This document shows, in pieces, positions 32,925 to 41,568 of a stretch of 64,000 nucleotides of DNA. The notes under the pieces are model-generated. The model saw nothing but the letters and a program-made list of their open reading frames with translations, was not told the DNA's origin and did no database searches. The stretch lies in assembly GCF_013315695.1 (NCBI RefSeq), contig NZ_CP054353.1. The stretch is one strand, 5' to 3'. Position 1 is the first letter of the stretch; each line of letters opens with the position of its first letter. Source of the DNA: Escherichia coli. GTDB lineage: Bacteria; Pseudomonadota; Gammaproteobacteria; Enterobacterales; Enterobacteriaceae. The position numbers were made by a program, and so were the translations under genes.

Positions 32925-33010
32925 AACCGTTAGATAAGAGCTCTCTCACTCCAGCCAGAGCCACCAACTCAGGCTGAAGAGTAAAAAACCGACGCAAAGT
33001 CGGTTTTTTT
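32925..33010 (+). ncRNA. agrA: AgrA/AgrB-family antisense sRNA, copy 2
   Basis: Second near-identical unit (ctctctcactccagccagagccaccaactcagg) with the same ccgacgcaaagtcgg-T7 terminator. Confidence 0.55.
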
Positions 33011-33162
33011 ATGTCCTGATTCAGACCTCCTTTCAAATGAATACCCAACTCAAAATTCACACCTATTACCTTCCTCTGCACATACGAATTCGTTAAACCA
33101 TATATGTTTTTGACTTATCCGCTTCGAAGAGAGACACTAAGTGCAACAATCAGGAGCGCAAT

Positions 33163-33516
33163 ATGTCATTTCTGTTACCCATCCAACTCTTCAAAATTCT
33201 TGCCGATGAAACCCGTTTGGGCATCGTTTTACTGCTCAGCGAGCTGGGAGAGTTATGCGTCTGCGATCTCTGCACTGCCCTCGATCAGTCGCAGCCCAAG
33301 ATCTCCCGCCATCTGGCATTACTGCGTGAAAGTGGGCTATTGCTGGACCGCAAGCAAGGAAAGTGGGTTCATTACCGTTTATCGCCGCATATTCCAGCAT
33401 GGGCGGCGAAAATTATTGAGCAGGCCTGGCGATGCGAACAGGAAAAGGTTCAGGTGATTGTCCGTAACCTCGCCAGACAAAATTGTTCCGCAGACAGTAA
33501 GAATATTTGTAGTTAA
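33163..33516 (+). CDS. arsR: Arsenical resistance operon repressor ArsR
   Basis: 117 aa; ArsR/SmtB wHTH with the ELCVCDLC metalloid-binding motif. Confidence 0.95.
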   Translation: MSFLLPIQLFKILADETRLGIVLLLSELGELCVCDLCTALDQSQPKISRHLALLRESGLLLDRKQGKWVHYRLSPHIPAWAAKIIEQAWRCEQEKVQVIVRNLARQNCSADSKNICS

Positions 33517-33570
33517 AAAATTTATCTAAACACATATGAATATTCGAATGTGTTTTATCAAGGAGGCATG

Positions 33571-34860
33571 ATGTTACTGGCGGGCGCTATCTTTGTCCTG
33601 ACCATCGTATTGGTTATCTGGCAGCCGAAAGGTTTAGGCATCGGCTGGAGTGCGACACTGGGCGCCGTACTGGCGTTAGTTACTGGCGTGGTCCATCCGG
33701 GCGATATTCCGGTGGTGTGGAATATCGTCTGGAACGCGACGGCGGCGTTTATAGCCGTCATTATCATCAGCTTGCTGCTGGATGAGTCCGGCTTTTTTGA
33801 ATGGGCGGCGCTGCACGTCTCACGCTGGGGCAATGGGCGCGGTCGCTTGCTGTTTACCTGGATTGTCCTGCTCGGTGCTGCCGTTGCAGCTCTGTTTGCC
33901 AATGATGGCGCGGCGCTTATTTTGACACCGATTGTCATCGCCATGCTGCTGGCTTTAGGGTTCAACAAAGGCACTACGCTGGCGTTTGTTATGGCGGCCG
34001 GATTCATTGCCGATACCGCCAGCCTGCCGCTTATTGTCTCTAACCTGGTGAATATCGTTTCGGCAGATTTCTTTAGCCTCGACTTTCGCGAATACGCCTC
34101 GGTGATGGTGCCGGTGGATATCGCTGCAATACTGGCTACCCTGGTGATGTTGCATCTCTATTTCCGCAAAGATATTCCGCAGAACTACGACATGGCGCTG
34201 CTAAAATCTCCCGCAGAAGCGGTTAAAGATCCTGCCACCTTCAAAACTGGCGGGGTTGTTTTACTGCTTCTGCTGGTGGGATTTTTCGTCCTGGAACCGC
34301 TCGGCATTCCGGTAAGCGCCATTGCGGCAGTGGGCGCGCTGATATTATTTGTCGTCGCTAAACGCGGTCATGCGATTAATACGGGTAAGGTGCTGCGCGG
34401 TGCGCCCTGGCAGATTGTCATCTTCTCGCTCGGCATGTATCTGGTGGTTTATGGCCTGCGCAATGCCGGATTAACGGAATATCTTTCTGGCGTACTCAAC
34501 GTGCTGGCGGATAACGGCCTGTGGGCGGCGACGCTCGGCACCGGATTCCTCACCGCCTTCCTCTCTTCTATTATGAACAATATGCCGACGGTACTGGTTG
34601 GCGCGTTGTCCATTGATGGCAGCACGGCATCTGGTGTCATCAAAGAAGCGATGGTTTATGCCAACGTAATTGGCTGCGATTTGGGGCCGAAAATTACACC
34701 GATTGGTAGCCTGGCAACGCTGCTCTGGCTGCACGTACTTTCGCAGAAGAATATGACTATCAGCTGGGGATATTACTTCCGTACAGGGATTATCATGACC
34801 CTGCCGGTGCTGTTTGTGACGCTCGCCGCGCTGGCGCTTCGTCTCTCTTTCACTTTGTAA
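33571..34860 (+). CDS. arsB: Arsenite/antimonite efflux pump ArsB
   Basis: 429 aa from [13 protein letters not shown]; 12-TM ArsB family. Confidence 0.95.
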   Translation: MLLAGAIFVLTIVLVIWQPKGLGIGWSATLGAVLALVTGVVHPGDIPVVWNIVWNATAAFIAVIIISLLLDESGFFEWAALHVSRWGNGRGRLLFTWIVLLGAAVAALFANDGAALILTPIVIAMLLALGFNKGTTLAFVMAAGFIADTASLPLIVSNLVNIVSADFFSLDFREYASVMVPVDIAAILATLVMLHLYFRKDIPQNYDMALLKSPAEAVKDPATFKTGGVVLLLLLVGFFVLEPLGIPVSAIAAVGALILFVVAKRGHAINTGKVLRGAPWQIVIFSLGMYLVVYGLRNAGLTEYLSGVLNVLADNGLWAATLGTGFLTAFLSSIMNNMPTVLVGALSIDGSTASGVIKEAMVYANVIGCDLGPKITPIGSLATLLWLHVLSQKNMTISWGYYFRTGIIMTLPVLFVTLAALALRLSFTL

Positions 34861-34872
34861 TGAGATACTGAT

Positions 34873-35298
34873 ATGAGCAACATTACTATTTATCACAACC
34901 CGGCCTGCGGCACGTCGCGTAATACGCTGGAGATGATTCGCAACAGCGGTACAGAACCGACCATTATCTATTATCTGGAAACTCCACCCACACGCGATGA
35001 ACTGATCAAGCTCATTGCCGATATGGGGATTTCCGTTCGTGCGCTGTTGCGTAAAAACGTTGAGCCGTATGAGGAACTGGGCCTTGCAGAAGATAAATTT
35101 ACTGACGATCGGTTAATCGACTTTATGCTGCAATATCCCATCCTGATTAACCGCCCGATTGTGGTGACACCGCTGGGAACTCGCCTGTGCCGCCCTTCAG
35201 AAGTGGTGCTGGAAATTCTGCCAGATGCGCAACAACGCGCGTTCACCAAGGAAGATGGCGAGAAAGTGGTTGATGAGGCGGGTAAACGCCTGAAATAG
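34873..35298 (+). CDS. arsC: Arsenate reductase ArsC (glutaredoxin-coupled)
   Basis: 141 aa; N-terminal catalytic Cys in YHNPACGTSRNTL. Confidence 0.95.
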   Translation: MSNITIYHNPACGTSRNTLEMIRNSGTEPTIIYYLETPPTRDELIKLIADMGISVRALLRKNVEPYEELGLAEDKFTDDRLIDFMLQYPILINRPIVVTPLGTRLCRPSEVVLEILPDAQQRAFTKEDGEKVVDEAGKRLK

Positions 35299-35318
35299 CT
35301 AAAGGGGGATATGCCCCC

Positions 35319-35639
35319 TTATTTGTTCTTCGTGGCTCCTTCGCCATCTGTTTTGCTGTTTACGCAGCACTCCTCACGTAAAAATTCAATTATCGCTTCC
35401 AGCATTGCGTATTGCGAAACACACATCAGCGTCCGACTCTCACGGTTTTGTTTGACCAACCCTACCGATACCAGTGCTGAAATATGGTGACTGAGTGTAG
35501 AGCCGGGTATCCCAAGCTGCTTTTGCAACTCACCGACCGGCAAACCTTGTTCCCCCGCTTTGACCAGATGCTTAAATATGAACAAACGGGTCGGGTGACC
35601 TAGCTCTTTCAGCGCTTTAGCAACTTCTTCCAACTGCAT
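35319..35639 (-). CDS. Second ArsR/SmtB-family metalloregulator with C-terminal Cys pair
   Basis: Start placed at MQLEEVAK (GAGGGG SD upstream); wHTH (…LGHPTRLFIFKHL…GELQKQLGIPGSTLSHHISAL…) and C-terminal …REECC; divergent from the downstream permease. Confidence 0.7.
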   Translation of the reverse strand: MQLEEVAKALKELGHPTRLFIFKHLVKAGEQGLPVGELQKQLGIPGSTLSHHISALVSVGLVKQNRESRTLMCVSQYAMLEAIIEFLREECCVNSKTDGEGATKNK

Positions 35640-35745
35640 ATGACTCCCCTCTGTCTGGTTGATATTTCGATAATACCAGAAATATCTTGATTTGAATTTC
35701 ATTTCGATTATTCTGGAAATATAGATTTATTCAATGAGGTTACGT

Positions 35746-36747
35746 ATGAGTAGTTGGCTTGCGATGCTGCAAGATGCCGCAGAGATGTTTGTGTTTCTCG
35801 CCGTCGAGCTTTCTTTGCTGTTTATAGTGATTAGTGCCGGTGTCAGCCTGATAAGACAAAAGGTGCCAGACCATAAAATCCAGCAGATGATGGGGGCCAG
35901 AAAAGGGAGAGGCTATCTCCTGGCTGCTCTGTTGGGAGCCGTTACCCCGTTCTGTAGTTGCTCGACAATACCCATGTTACGTGGATTGTTATCAGCGAAA
36001 GCCGGGTTTGGTCCGACCCTCACTTTTTTATTTGTTTCCCCATTACTTAATCCCATTATCGTCGGGTTAATGTGGGTGACCTTTGGCTGGAAAGTTACCT
36101 TGTTGTACGAGATTATCGCCGCCGGCGTCTCCGTACTTGCCAGTATTATCCTGGATTCCCTGGGATTTGAACGTCATATCATTGCCAGTAAAAGCTCATC
36201 AGCAAATTGTTGTGCTCCAGCCAAAACTTCGCCGGGGACGACATATACGCCAATAAAAGTGAGTTGCTGTAGTCCAGCGGCTAAAGCCATTGAGAAACCT
36301 GTAGTAAACTGTTGCAGTACCAAAGCTGTGGTAAGTATTAATCCCATAAAACTAGCCACCAAAGATGCGTTGCAACAGTTTAAAGATGTACTGCCATATC
36401 TTTTGTTAGGGGTATTAATAGGCTCTTTTATTTATGGCTTTATTCCCTCAGAGTGGATTGCCGCTCATGCAGGGGCAGATAATCCCTTCGCCATCCCATT
36501 GAGCGCCGTTGTTGGTATTCCGCTATATATCCGGGCAGAGGCAGTTATCCCTCTGGCATCTGTTTTGATGACAAAAGGAATGGGTCTGGGAGCATTAATG
36601 GCATTAATCATCGGCAGTGCCGGCGCAAGCCTGACGGAAGTGATATTACTTAAATCAATGTTCAGAATACCGATGATAGTTGCATTCCTGACGGTTATCT
36701 TAGGTATGGCTATCTTGATGGGCTATTTGACTCAAATGCTATTTTAA
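35746..36747 (+). CDS. ArsP-like permease (putative organoarsenical/metalloid efflux permease) with TPFCSCS motif
   Basis: About 333 aa polytopic membrane protein containing AVTPFCSCSTIP, which I recall as the ArsP signature, plus a central Cys-pair-rich loop (NCCAPA…VSCCSPA…VNCCSTKA). Confidence 0.65.
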   Translation: MSSWLAMLQDAAEMFVFLAVELSLLFIVISAGVSLIRQKVPDHKIQQMMGARKGRGYLLAALLGAVTPFCSCSTIPMLRGLLSAKAGFGPTLTFLFVSPLLNPIIVGLMWVTFGWKVTLLYEIIAAGVSVLASIILDSLGFERHIIASKSSSANCCAPAKTSPGTTYTPIKVSCCSPAAKAIEKPVVNCCSTKAVVSINPIKLATKDALQQFKDVLPYLLLGVLIGSFIYGFIPSEWIAAHAGADNPFAIPLSAVVGIPLYIRAEAVIPLASVLMTKGMGLGALMALIIGSAGASLTEVILLKSMFRIPMIVAFLTVILGMAILMGYLTQMLF

Positions 36748-36866
36748 ATAGATGCCAGCAGTAAACTATAAGGAGTATTGTGAGTGCCTTATCCTTCTGA
36801 GTAGAAAATCATAGATAGGATAATCCTTAAAAATAACAAATAACTTAACTAATGCTTTGAGAATGA

Positions 36867-36880
36867 TGACGGATCCGTCA
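36867..36880. promoter_or_regulatory. Perfect 14-bp palindrome (tgacggatccgtca), possible operator
   Basis: Self-complementary 14-mer in the intergenic region downstream of the arsP-like gene and upstream of the IS1-disrupted ORF. Confidence 0.25.
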
Positions 36881-37113
36881 GTAAGTCATCAATCGACAAT
36901 CACCACGCAATCATGCTTCTCTGACATTTTATCGGAGAAGCAATGTCTCTTTGTCTCAGTATCATCCCCCTTTTAAAGGGTAGATTTCAGTCGCCAATAC
37001 AACACATTTTTAAATACACTTTAACCTGGTTCATTATTACACATCTAAAACATCACAAAAATATCACTTCACACACTATCGGAGAACATCATAACTTCGG
37101 TAATGACTCCAAC

Positions 37114-37617
37114 TTATTGATAGTGTTTTATGTTCAGATAATGCCCGATGACTTTGTCATGCAGCTCCACCGATTTTGAGAACGACAGCGACTTCCGTCC
37201 CAGCCGTGCCAGGTGCTGCCTCAGATTCAGGTTATGCCGCTCAATTCGCTGCGTATATCGCTTGCTGATTACGTGCAGCTTTCCCTTCAGGCGGGATTCA
37301 TACAGCGGCCAGCCATCCGTCATCCATATCACCACGTCAAAGGGTGACAGCAGGCTCATAAGACGCCCCAGCGTCGCCATAGTGCGTTCACCGAATACGT
37401 GCGCAACAACCGTCTTCCGGAGCCTGTCATACGCGTAAAACAGCCAGCGCTGGCGCGATTTAGCCCCGACATAGCCCCACTGTTCGTCCATTTCCGCGCA
37501 GACGATGACGTCACTGCCCGGCTGTATGCGCGAGGTTACCGACTGCGGCCTGAGTTTTTTAAGTGACGTAAAATCGTGTTGAGGCCAACGCCCATAATGC
37601 GGGCTGTTGCCCGGCAT
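37114..37617 (-). CDS. insB: IS1 InsB (transposase catalytic part, made by -1 frameshift fusion with InsA)
   Basis: 167 aa ORF matching IS1 InsB; overlaps insA in the -1 frame. Confidence 0.9.
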
Positions 37618-37811
37618 CCAACGCCATTCATGGCCATATCAATGATTTTCTGGTGCGTACCGGGTTGAGAAGCGGTGTAAGTGAACTGCAGTTGCCATGT
37701 TTTACGGCAGTGAGAGCAGAGATAGCGCTGATGTCCGGCGGTGCTTTTGCCGTTACGCACCACCCCGTCAGTAGCTGAACAGGAGGGACAGCTGATAGAA
37801 ACAGAAGCCAC
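37536..37811 (-). CDS. insA: IS1 InsA (transposition inhibitor / N-terminal part of InsAB' transposase)
   Basis: 91 aa with zinc-finger CPSC…CSHC and HTH; matches IS1 InsA. Confidence 0.9.
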
Positions 37812-38142
37812 TGGAGCACCTCAAAAACACCATCATACACTAAATCAGTAAGTTGGCAGCATCACCCATACAACGACATAATAAAATATCAGCAAGAATT
37901 CCAAAAAGAATGTTACAAGCAAGTTAAAGATTTTACAACACCCTCTCGATACAATAGAATTAAAAAATGGGCACAAATGTCTGAATATCAATTCGAAATA
38001 TTTCAACACGATACGTTTCATCCTAAAAAAATGTCATACGCACCTTATTTAAAGAGATCGCTACCTGATGAAAAAACTATAAATTATGGGGTAGAAATAG
38101 AAACACCAATTGGCAAAAGAATTCGCTGGTAATGACTCCAAC

Positions 38143-38646
38143 TTATTGATAGTGTTTTATGTTCAGATAATGCCCGATGACTTTGTCATGCAGCTCCACC
38201 GATTTTGAGAACGACAGCGACTTCCGTCCCAGCCGTGCCAGGTGCTGCCTCAGATTCAGGTTATGCCGCTCAATTCGCTGCGTATATCGCTTGCTGATTA
38301 CGTGCAGCTTTCCCTTCAGGCGGGATTCATACAGCGGCCAGCCATCCGTCATCCATATCACCACGTCAAAGGGTGACAGCAGGCTCATAAGACGCCCCAG
38401 CGTCGCCATAGTGCGTTCACCGAATACGTGCGCAACAACCGTCTTCCGGAGCCTGTCATACGCGTAAAACAGCCAGCGCTGGCGCGATTTAGCCCCGACA
38501 TAGCCCCACTGTTCGTCCATTTCCGCGCAGACGATGACGTCACTGCCCGGCTGTATGCGCGAGGTTACCGACTGCGGCCTGAGTTTTTTAAGTGACGTAA
38601 AATCGTGTTGAGGCCAACGCCCATAATGCGGGCTGTTGCCCGGCAT
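38143..38646 (-). CDS. insB: IS1 InsB
   Basis: Identical to the copy-1 InsB. Confidence 0.9.
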
Positions 38647-38840
38647 CCAACGCCATTCATGGCCATATCAATGATTTTCTGGTGCGTACCGGGTTGAGAA
38701 GCGGTGTAAGTGAACTGCAGTTGCCATGTTTTACGGCAGTGAGAGCAGAGATAGCGCTGATGTCCGGCGGTGCTTTTGCCGTTACGCACCACCCCGTCAG
38801 TAGCTGAACAGGAGGGACAGCTGATAGAAACAGAAGCCAC
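38565..38840 (-). CDS. insA: IS1 InsA
   Basis: Identical to the copy-1 InsA. Confidence 0.9.
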
Positions 38841-39181
38841 TGGAGCACCTCAAAAACACCATCATACACTAAATCAGTAAGTTGGCAGCATCACCGAATT
38901 CGCTTATCAAATCATTACCAGAATATAATCCCATAATATTGAACATTAGCGCTTTATAATCATTGAATAAAAATAGATTTTATGCACCTTTAAAAAAAGG
39001 CTATTTTATGGGGCGATGGATACTCATGTCACGCCCCAAAATTAACAGAATTAAACTAAACAGAAGGGATATAAACATCAGACAGGTTTACGTTACTATC
39101 AGGCATATCGCCTCAGAATCAGATGAAAACTATAAAGAAATATCTATTATGGTTTTAATATTTGTTGATAAGGATAGTAAC

Positions 39182-39748
39182 ATGAACATGACAAAAGGTG
39201 CACTCATCCTCAGCCTTTCATTTTTGCTTGCCGCATGTAGTTCAATTCCGCAAAATATCAAAGGCAATAACCAACCTGATATTCAAAAAAGTTTTGTTGC
39301 TGTTCATAACCAGCCGGGGTTATATGTTGGTCAACAAGCGCGCTTTGGTGGGAAGGTTATCAACGTTATCAATGGCAAAACGGATACGTTGTTAGAAATC
39401 GCTGTATTACCGTTGGATAGCTATGCGAAGCCTGATATTGAAGCCAACTATCAGGGCCGACTGCTCGCCAGACAAAGCGGCTTCCTTGATCCAGTGAACT
39501 ATCGTAATCACTTTGTTACCATCCTCGGTACCATTCAGGGTGAACAACCTGGCTTTATCAATAAAGTCCCGTATAACTTCCTCGAAGTGAATATGCAGGG
39601 CATCCAGGTGTGGCATTTGAGAGAAGTGGTTAATACCACCTATAACCTGTGGGATTACGGCTATGGTGCATTCTGGCCGGAACCGGGCTGGGGTGCGCCT
39701 TACTACACCAACGCGGTGAGTCAGGTAACACCTGAGCTGGTCAAATAA
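39182..39748 (+). CDS. slp: Starvation-inducible outer membrane lipoprotein Slp
   Basis: 188 aa from MNMTKGALILSLSFLLAACSS (lipobox LAAC); the ORF from 38963 is an upstream extension. Confidence 0.9.
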   Translation: MNMTKGALILSLSFLLAACSSIPQNIKGNNQPDIQKSFVAVHNQPGLYVGQQARFGGKVINVINGKTDTLLEIAVLPLDSYAKPDIEANYQGRLLARQSGFLDPVNYRNHFVTILGTIQGEQPGFINKVPYNFLEVNMQGIQVWHLREVVNTTYNLWDYGYGAFWPEPGWGAPYYTNAVSQVTPELVK

Positions 39749-39900
39749 CACCACCGAAAGATGCAGATGCTTTCTCAGCATCTGCATCATGCATTACATC
39801 AAATTAATACACAGCCAGCTAATTATTATTATAAGCCCTGTCCTGTTAATTACCTTTGGCAAACTGATTATAAAGTTAATGTCCGCACCAGGAGTCGGTT

Positions 39901-40431
39901 ATGTTTCTTATAATTACCAGGGATACGATGTTCTTCACTGCGATGAAAAACATTCTGAGTAAAGGTAATGTCGTTCATATACAGAACGAAGAAGAGATCG
40001 ACGTAATGTTGCATCAGCATGCCTTCGTCATTATTGATACATTAATGAATAATGTATTTCATTCTAATTTGCTCACTCAAATTGAACGATTAAAACCTGT
40101 CCATGTGATTATTTTCTCCCCCTTTAATATTAAACGCTGCCTGGGGAAAGTACCGGTGACCTTTGTTCCGCGAACTATCACCATCATCGACTTTGTCGCA
40201 CTCATCAATGGCAGTTACTGCTCTGTGCCTGAAGCGGATGTGTCCCTTTCGCGCAAGCAGCATCAGGTTCTGAGCTGCATTGCGAATCAAATGACAACGG
40301 AAGATATTCTGGAGAAACTGAAAATATCGCTAAAAACGTTCTACTGCCATAAACACAATATCATGATGATCCTCAATCTTAAGCGGATCAATGAGTTGGT
40401 ACGCCATCAGCATATTGATTATCTGGTGTGA
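39901..40431 (+). CDS. dctR: LuxR-family regulator DctR (YhiF)
   Basis: 176 aa; C-terminal LuxR-type HTH; position after slp as in the acid fitness island. Confidence 0.85.
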   Translation: MFLIITRDTMFFTAMKNILSKGNVVHIQNEEEIDVMLHQHAFVIIDTLMNNVFHSNLLTQIERLKPVHVIIFSPFNIKRCLGKVPVTFVPRTITIIDFVALINGSYCSVPEADVSLSRKQHQVLSCIANQMTTEDILEKLKISLKTFYCHKHNIMMILNLKRINELVRHQHIDYLV

Positions 40432-40491
40432 TCGATTGATTAATATAAAGAGGCCCAGCAATAAATAGCCAGACCTCCCGTTAATTATACG

Positions 40492-41520
40492 TTATGCAGT
40501 AACGCCTTCCGGTATCAGCGAAGCAATTTGCTTACGCCATTGCGCTTGCTCCTGTTCGCCTTCTGTACGTTGACCATAAAGTTGCGCTATCTGCGTACCA
40601 TCATGGGCAAACAATTCCAGACTGGTCACATAACCGTCACTAGCAGGTTTACGGGTTACCCAGGTTTCAGCAATGCTCTCTTCTAATAGATGAAGAGTAA
40701 ACGTCGGGTTAAAAATATTCAGCCAACCTTTCATTGGCACCACTTTTTCTACCACGCCAGTGAAAATCTGTACGCAGCCACGGTTGCCAACAAACACCAT
40801 GATTTCATTGCCATCCTGCTGTGCAGATTCAAGAATTTGCGCCAACGCACTGTTGGATACTTTGCAGGCCAAATCGTCTGCCACCAGATTGAACGCCTGT
40901 TGGCGCGTCAGGTTGTGGCGCTTGAGCAACGTAAAAAACTGATGAACGTCGGTCATCGCCCGCCACTCTTGCTCGACCACACTGGCATCGGCTCGCGTTT
41001 GAACAACTGGCGCATCAACGGCTTTTAACTCAAGCGGCGTATTCTCATCGGTGATAAACCGTGCCAGAAGCTCACTCCATGCCGCCATATCGGTATTGTC
41101 GGTGGCATAAACTTTTAGTAATGCATCGCCCTGATGATCAAAGAACTGAATACTCTGGCGTTCGCCACGAGCCGTGTTTTCTTTGATGTGGAAAACACTG
41201 GCCCATTGATTGAGAAACAGACGTAAATCCAGCGCGCGCGGATTGAGGATCAATCCGGCATGTCCGTTCAAATGCTGGTTTGTGAACGCACCAACTTGCT
41301 CATGGACTGCATATTCATTACGACAAATACATTTGGTTTCGCCAACACTTTCGAGCGCCGCCAGAATTTCACGAATATCGCCGCGCATCCGCCACGCGTC
41401 GTGCGTGACGCGCGCAAATGCCAGTTCTGCTTCGCTGATATTCATTAAACCTGCGATGTCACGCGCGTACTTTCCGGGATTTTGTTCTTTTAACTCAAGC
41501 CAGCGTGTGTAGTGGTTCAT
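40492..41520 (-). CDS. chuS: Heme utilisation / heme-degrading protein ChuS (HemS/ShuS family)
   Basis: 342 aa two-domain HemS-like protein; downstream of chuA in the same orientation. Confidence 0.9.
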   Translation of the reverse strand: MNHYTRWLELKEQNPGKYARDIAGLMNISEAELAFARVTHDAWRMRGDIREILAALESVGETKCICRNEYAVHEQVGAFTNQHLNGHAGLILNPRALDLRLFLNQWASVFHIKENTARGERQSIQFFDHQGDALLKVYATDNTDMAAWSELLARFITDENTPLELKAVDAPVVQTRADASVVEQEWRAMTDVHQFFTLLKRHNLTRQQAFNLVADDLACKVSNSALAQILESAQQDGNEIMVFVGNRGCVQIFTGVVEKVVPMKGWLNIFNPTFTLHLLEESIAETWVTRKPASDGYVTSLELFAHDGTQIAQLYGQRTEGEQEQAQWRKQIASLIPEGVTA

Positions 41521-41568
41521 TGTCTCTCTTCCTTCCAGATAAATGCCCCGAAATATCGGGGCAGATGA

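Larger units (their letters stand above)
37099..37866 (-). mobile_element. IS1 element, copy 1 (768 bp), no target-site duplication
   Basis: Terminal sequences ggtaatgactccaacttattgatagtg … cagtaagttggcagcatcacc; encodes InsA and InsB; flanking 9-mers differ (cataacttc versus catacaacg). Confidence 0.9.
38128..38895 (-). mobile_element. IS1 element, copy 2 (768 bp) with 9-bp target-site duplication
   Basis: Identical 768-bp element; flanked by direct repeats gaattcgct on both sides. Confidence 0.9.
36943..38951 (+). pseudogene. ORF remnants split by two IS1 insertions (possibly the yhiS-equivalent locus)
   Basis: A + strand ORF (MSLCLSIIPLLKG…) runs into the IS1 copy-1 boundary. A second open frame spans the whole 261-bp inter-IS segment and continues across IS1 copy 2 (restored by removing the IS and one TSD copy) to a stop near 38950. 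Confidence 0.35.

Noticed and set aside
32440..33010. Three spaced copies of a 30-40 bp repeat, considered as a possible CRISPR array
   Set aside because: Only three copies with irregular spacing (about 200 and 235 bp), each of the two + strand copies followed by an intrinsic terminator and no cas genes; explained by the dinQ leader plus agrA/agrB sRNAs.
37099..38895. The two IS1 copies as a composite transposon carrying cargo
   Set aside because: The 261-bp inter-IS segment has no complete gene, and only copy 2 has its own target duplication; this is better explained as two independent IS1 events plus a deletion.
38963..39181. N-terminal 73-aa extension of the computed slp ORF
   Set aside because: The canonical lipoprotein signal peptide starts at MNMTKG (39182); the extension lies in AT-rich promoter-like DNA.
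39407..39790. 127-aa minus-strand ORF overlapping slp
   Set aside because: Entirely antisense to the conserved slp lipoprotein gene.
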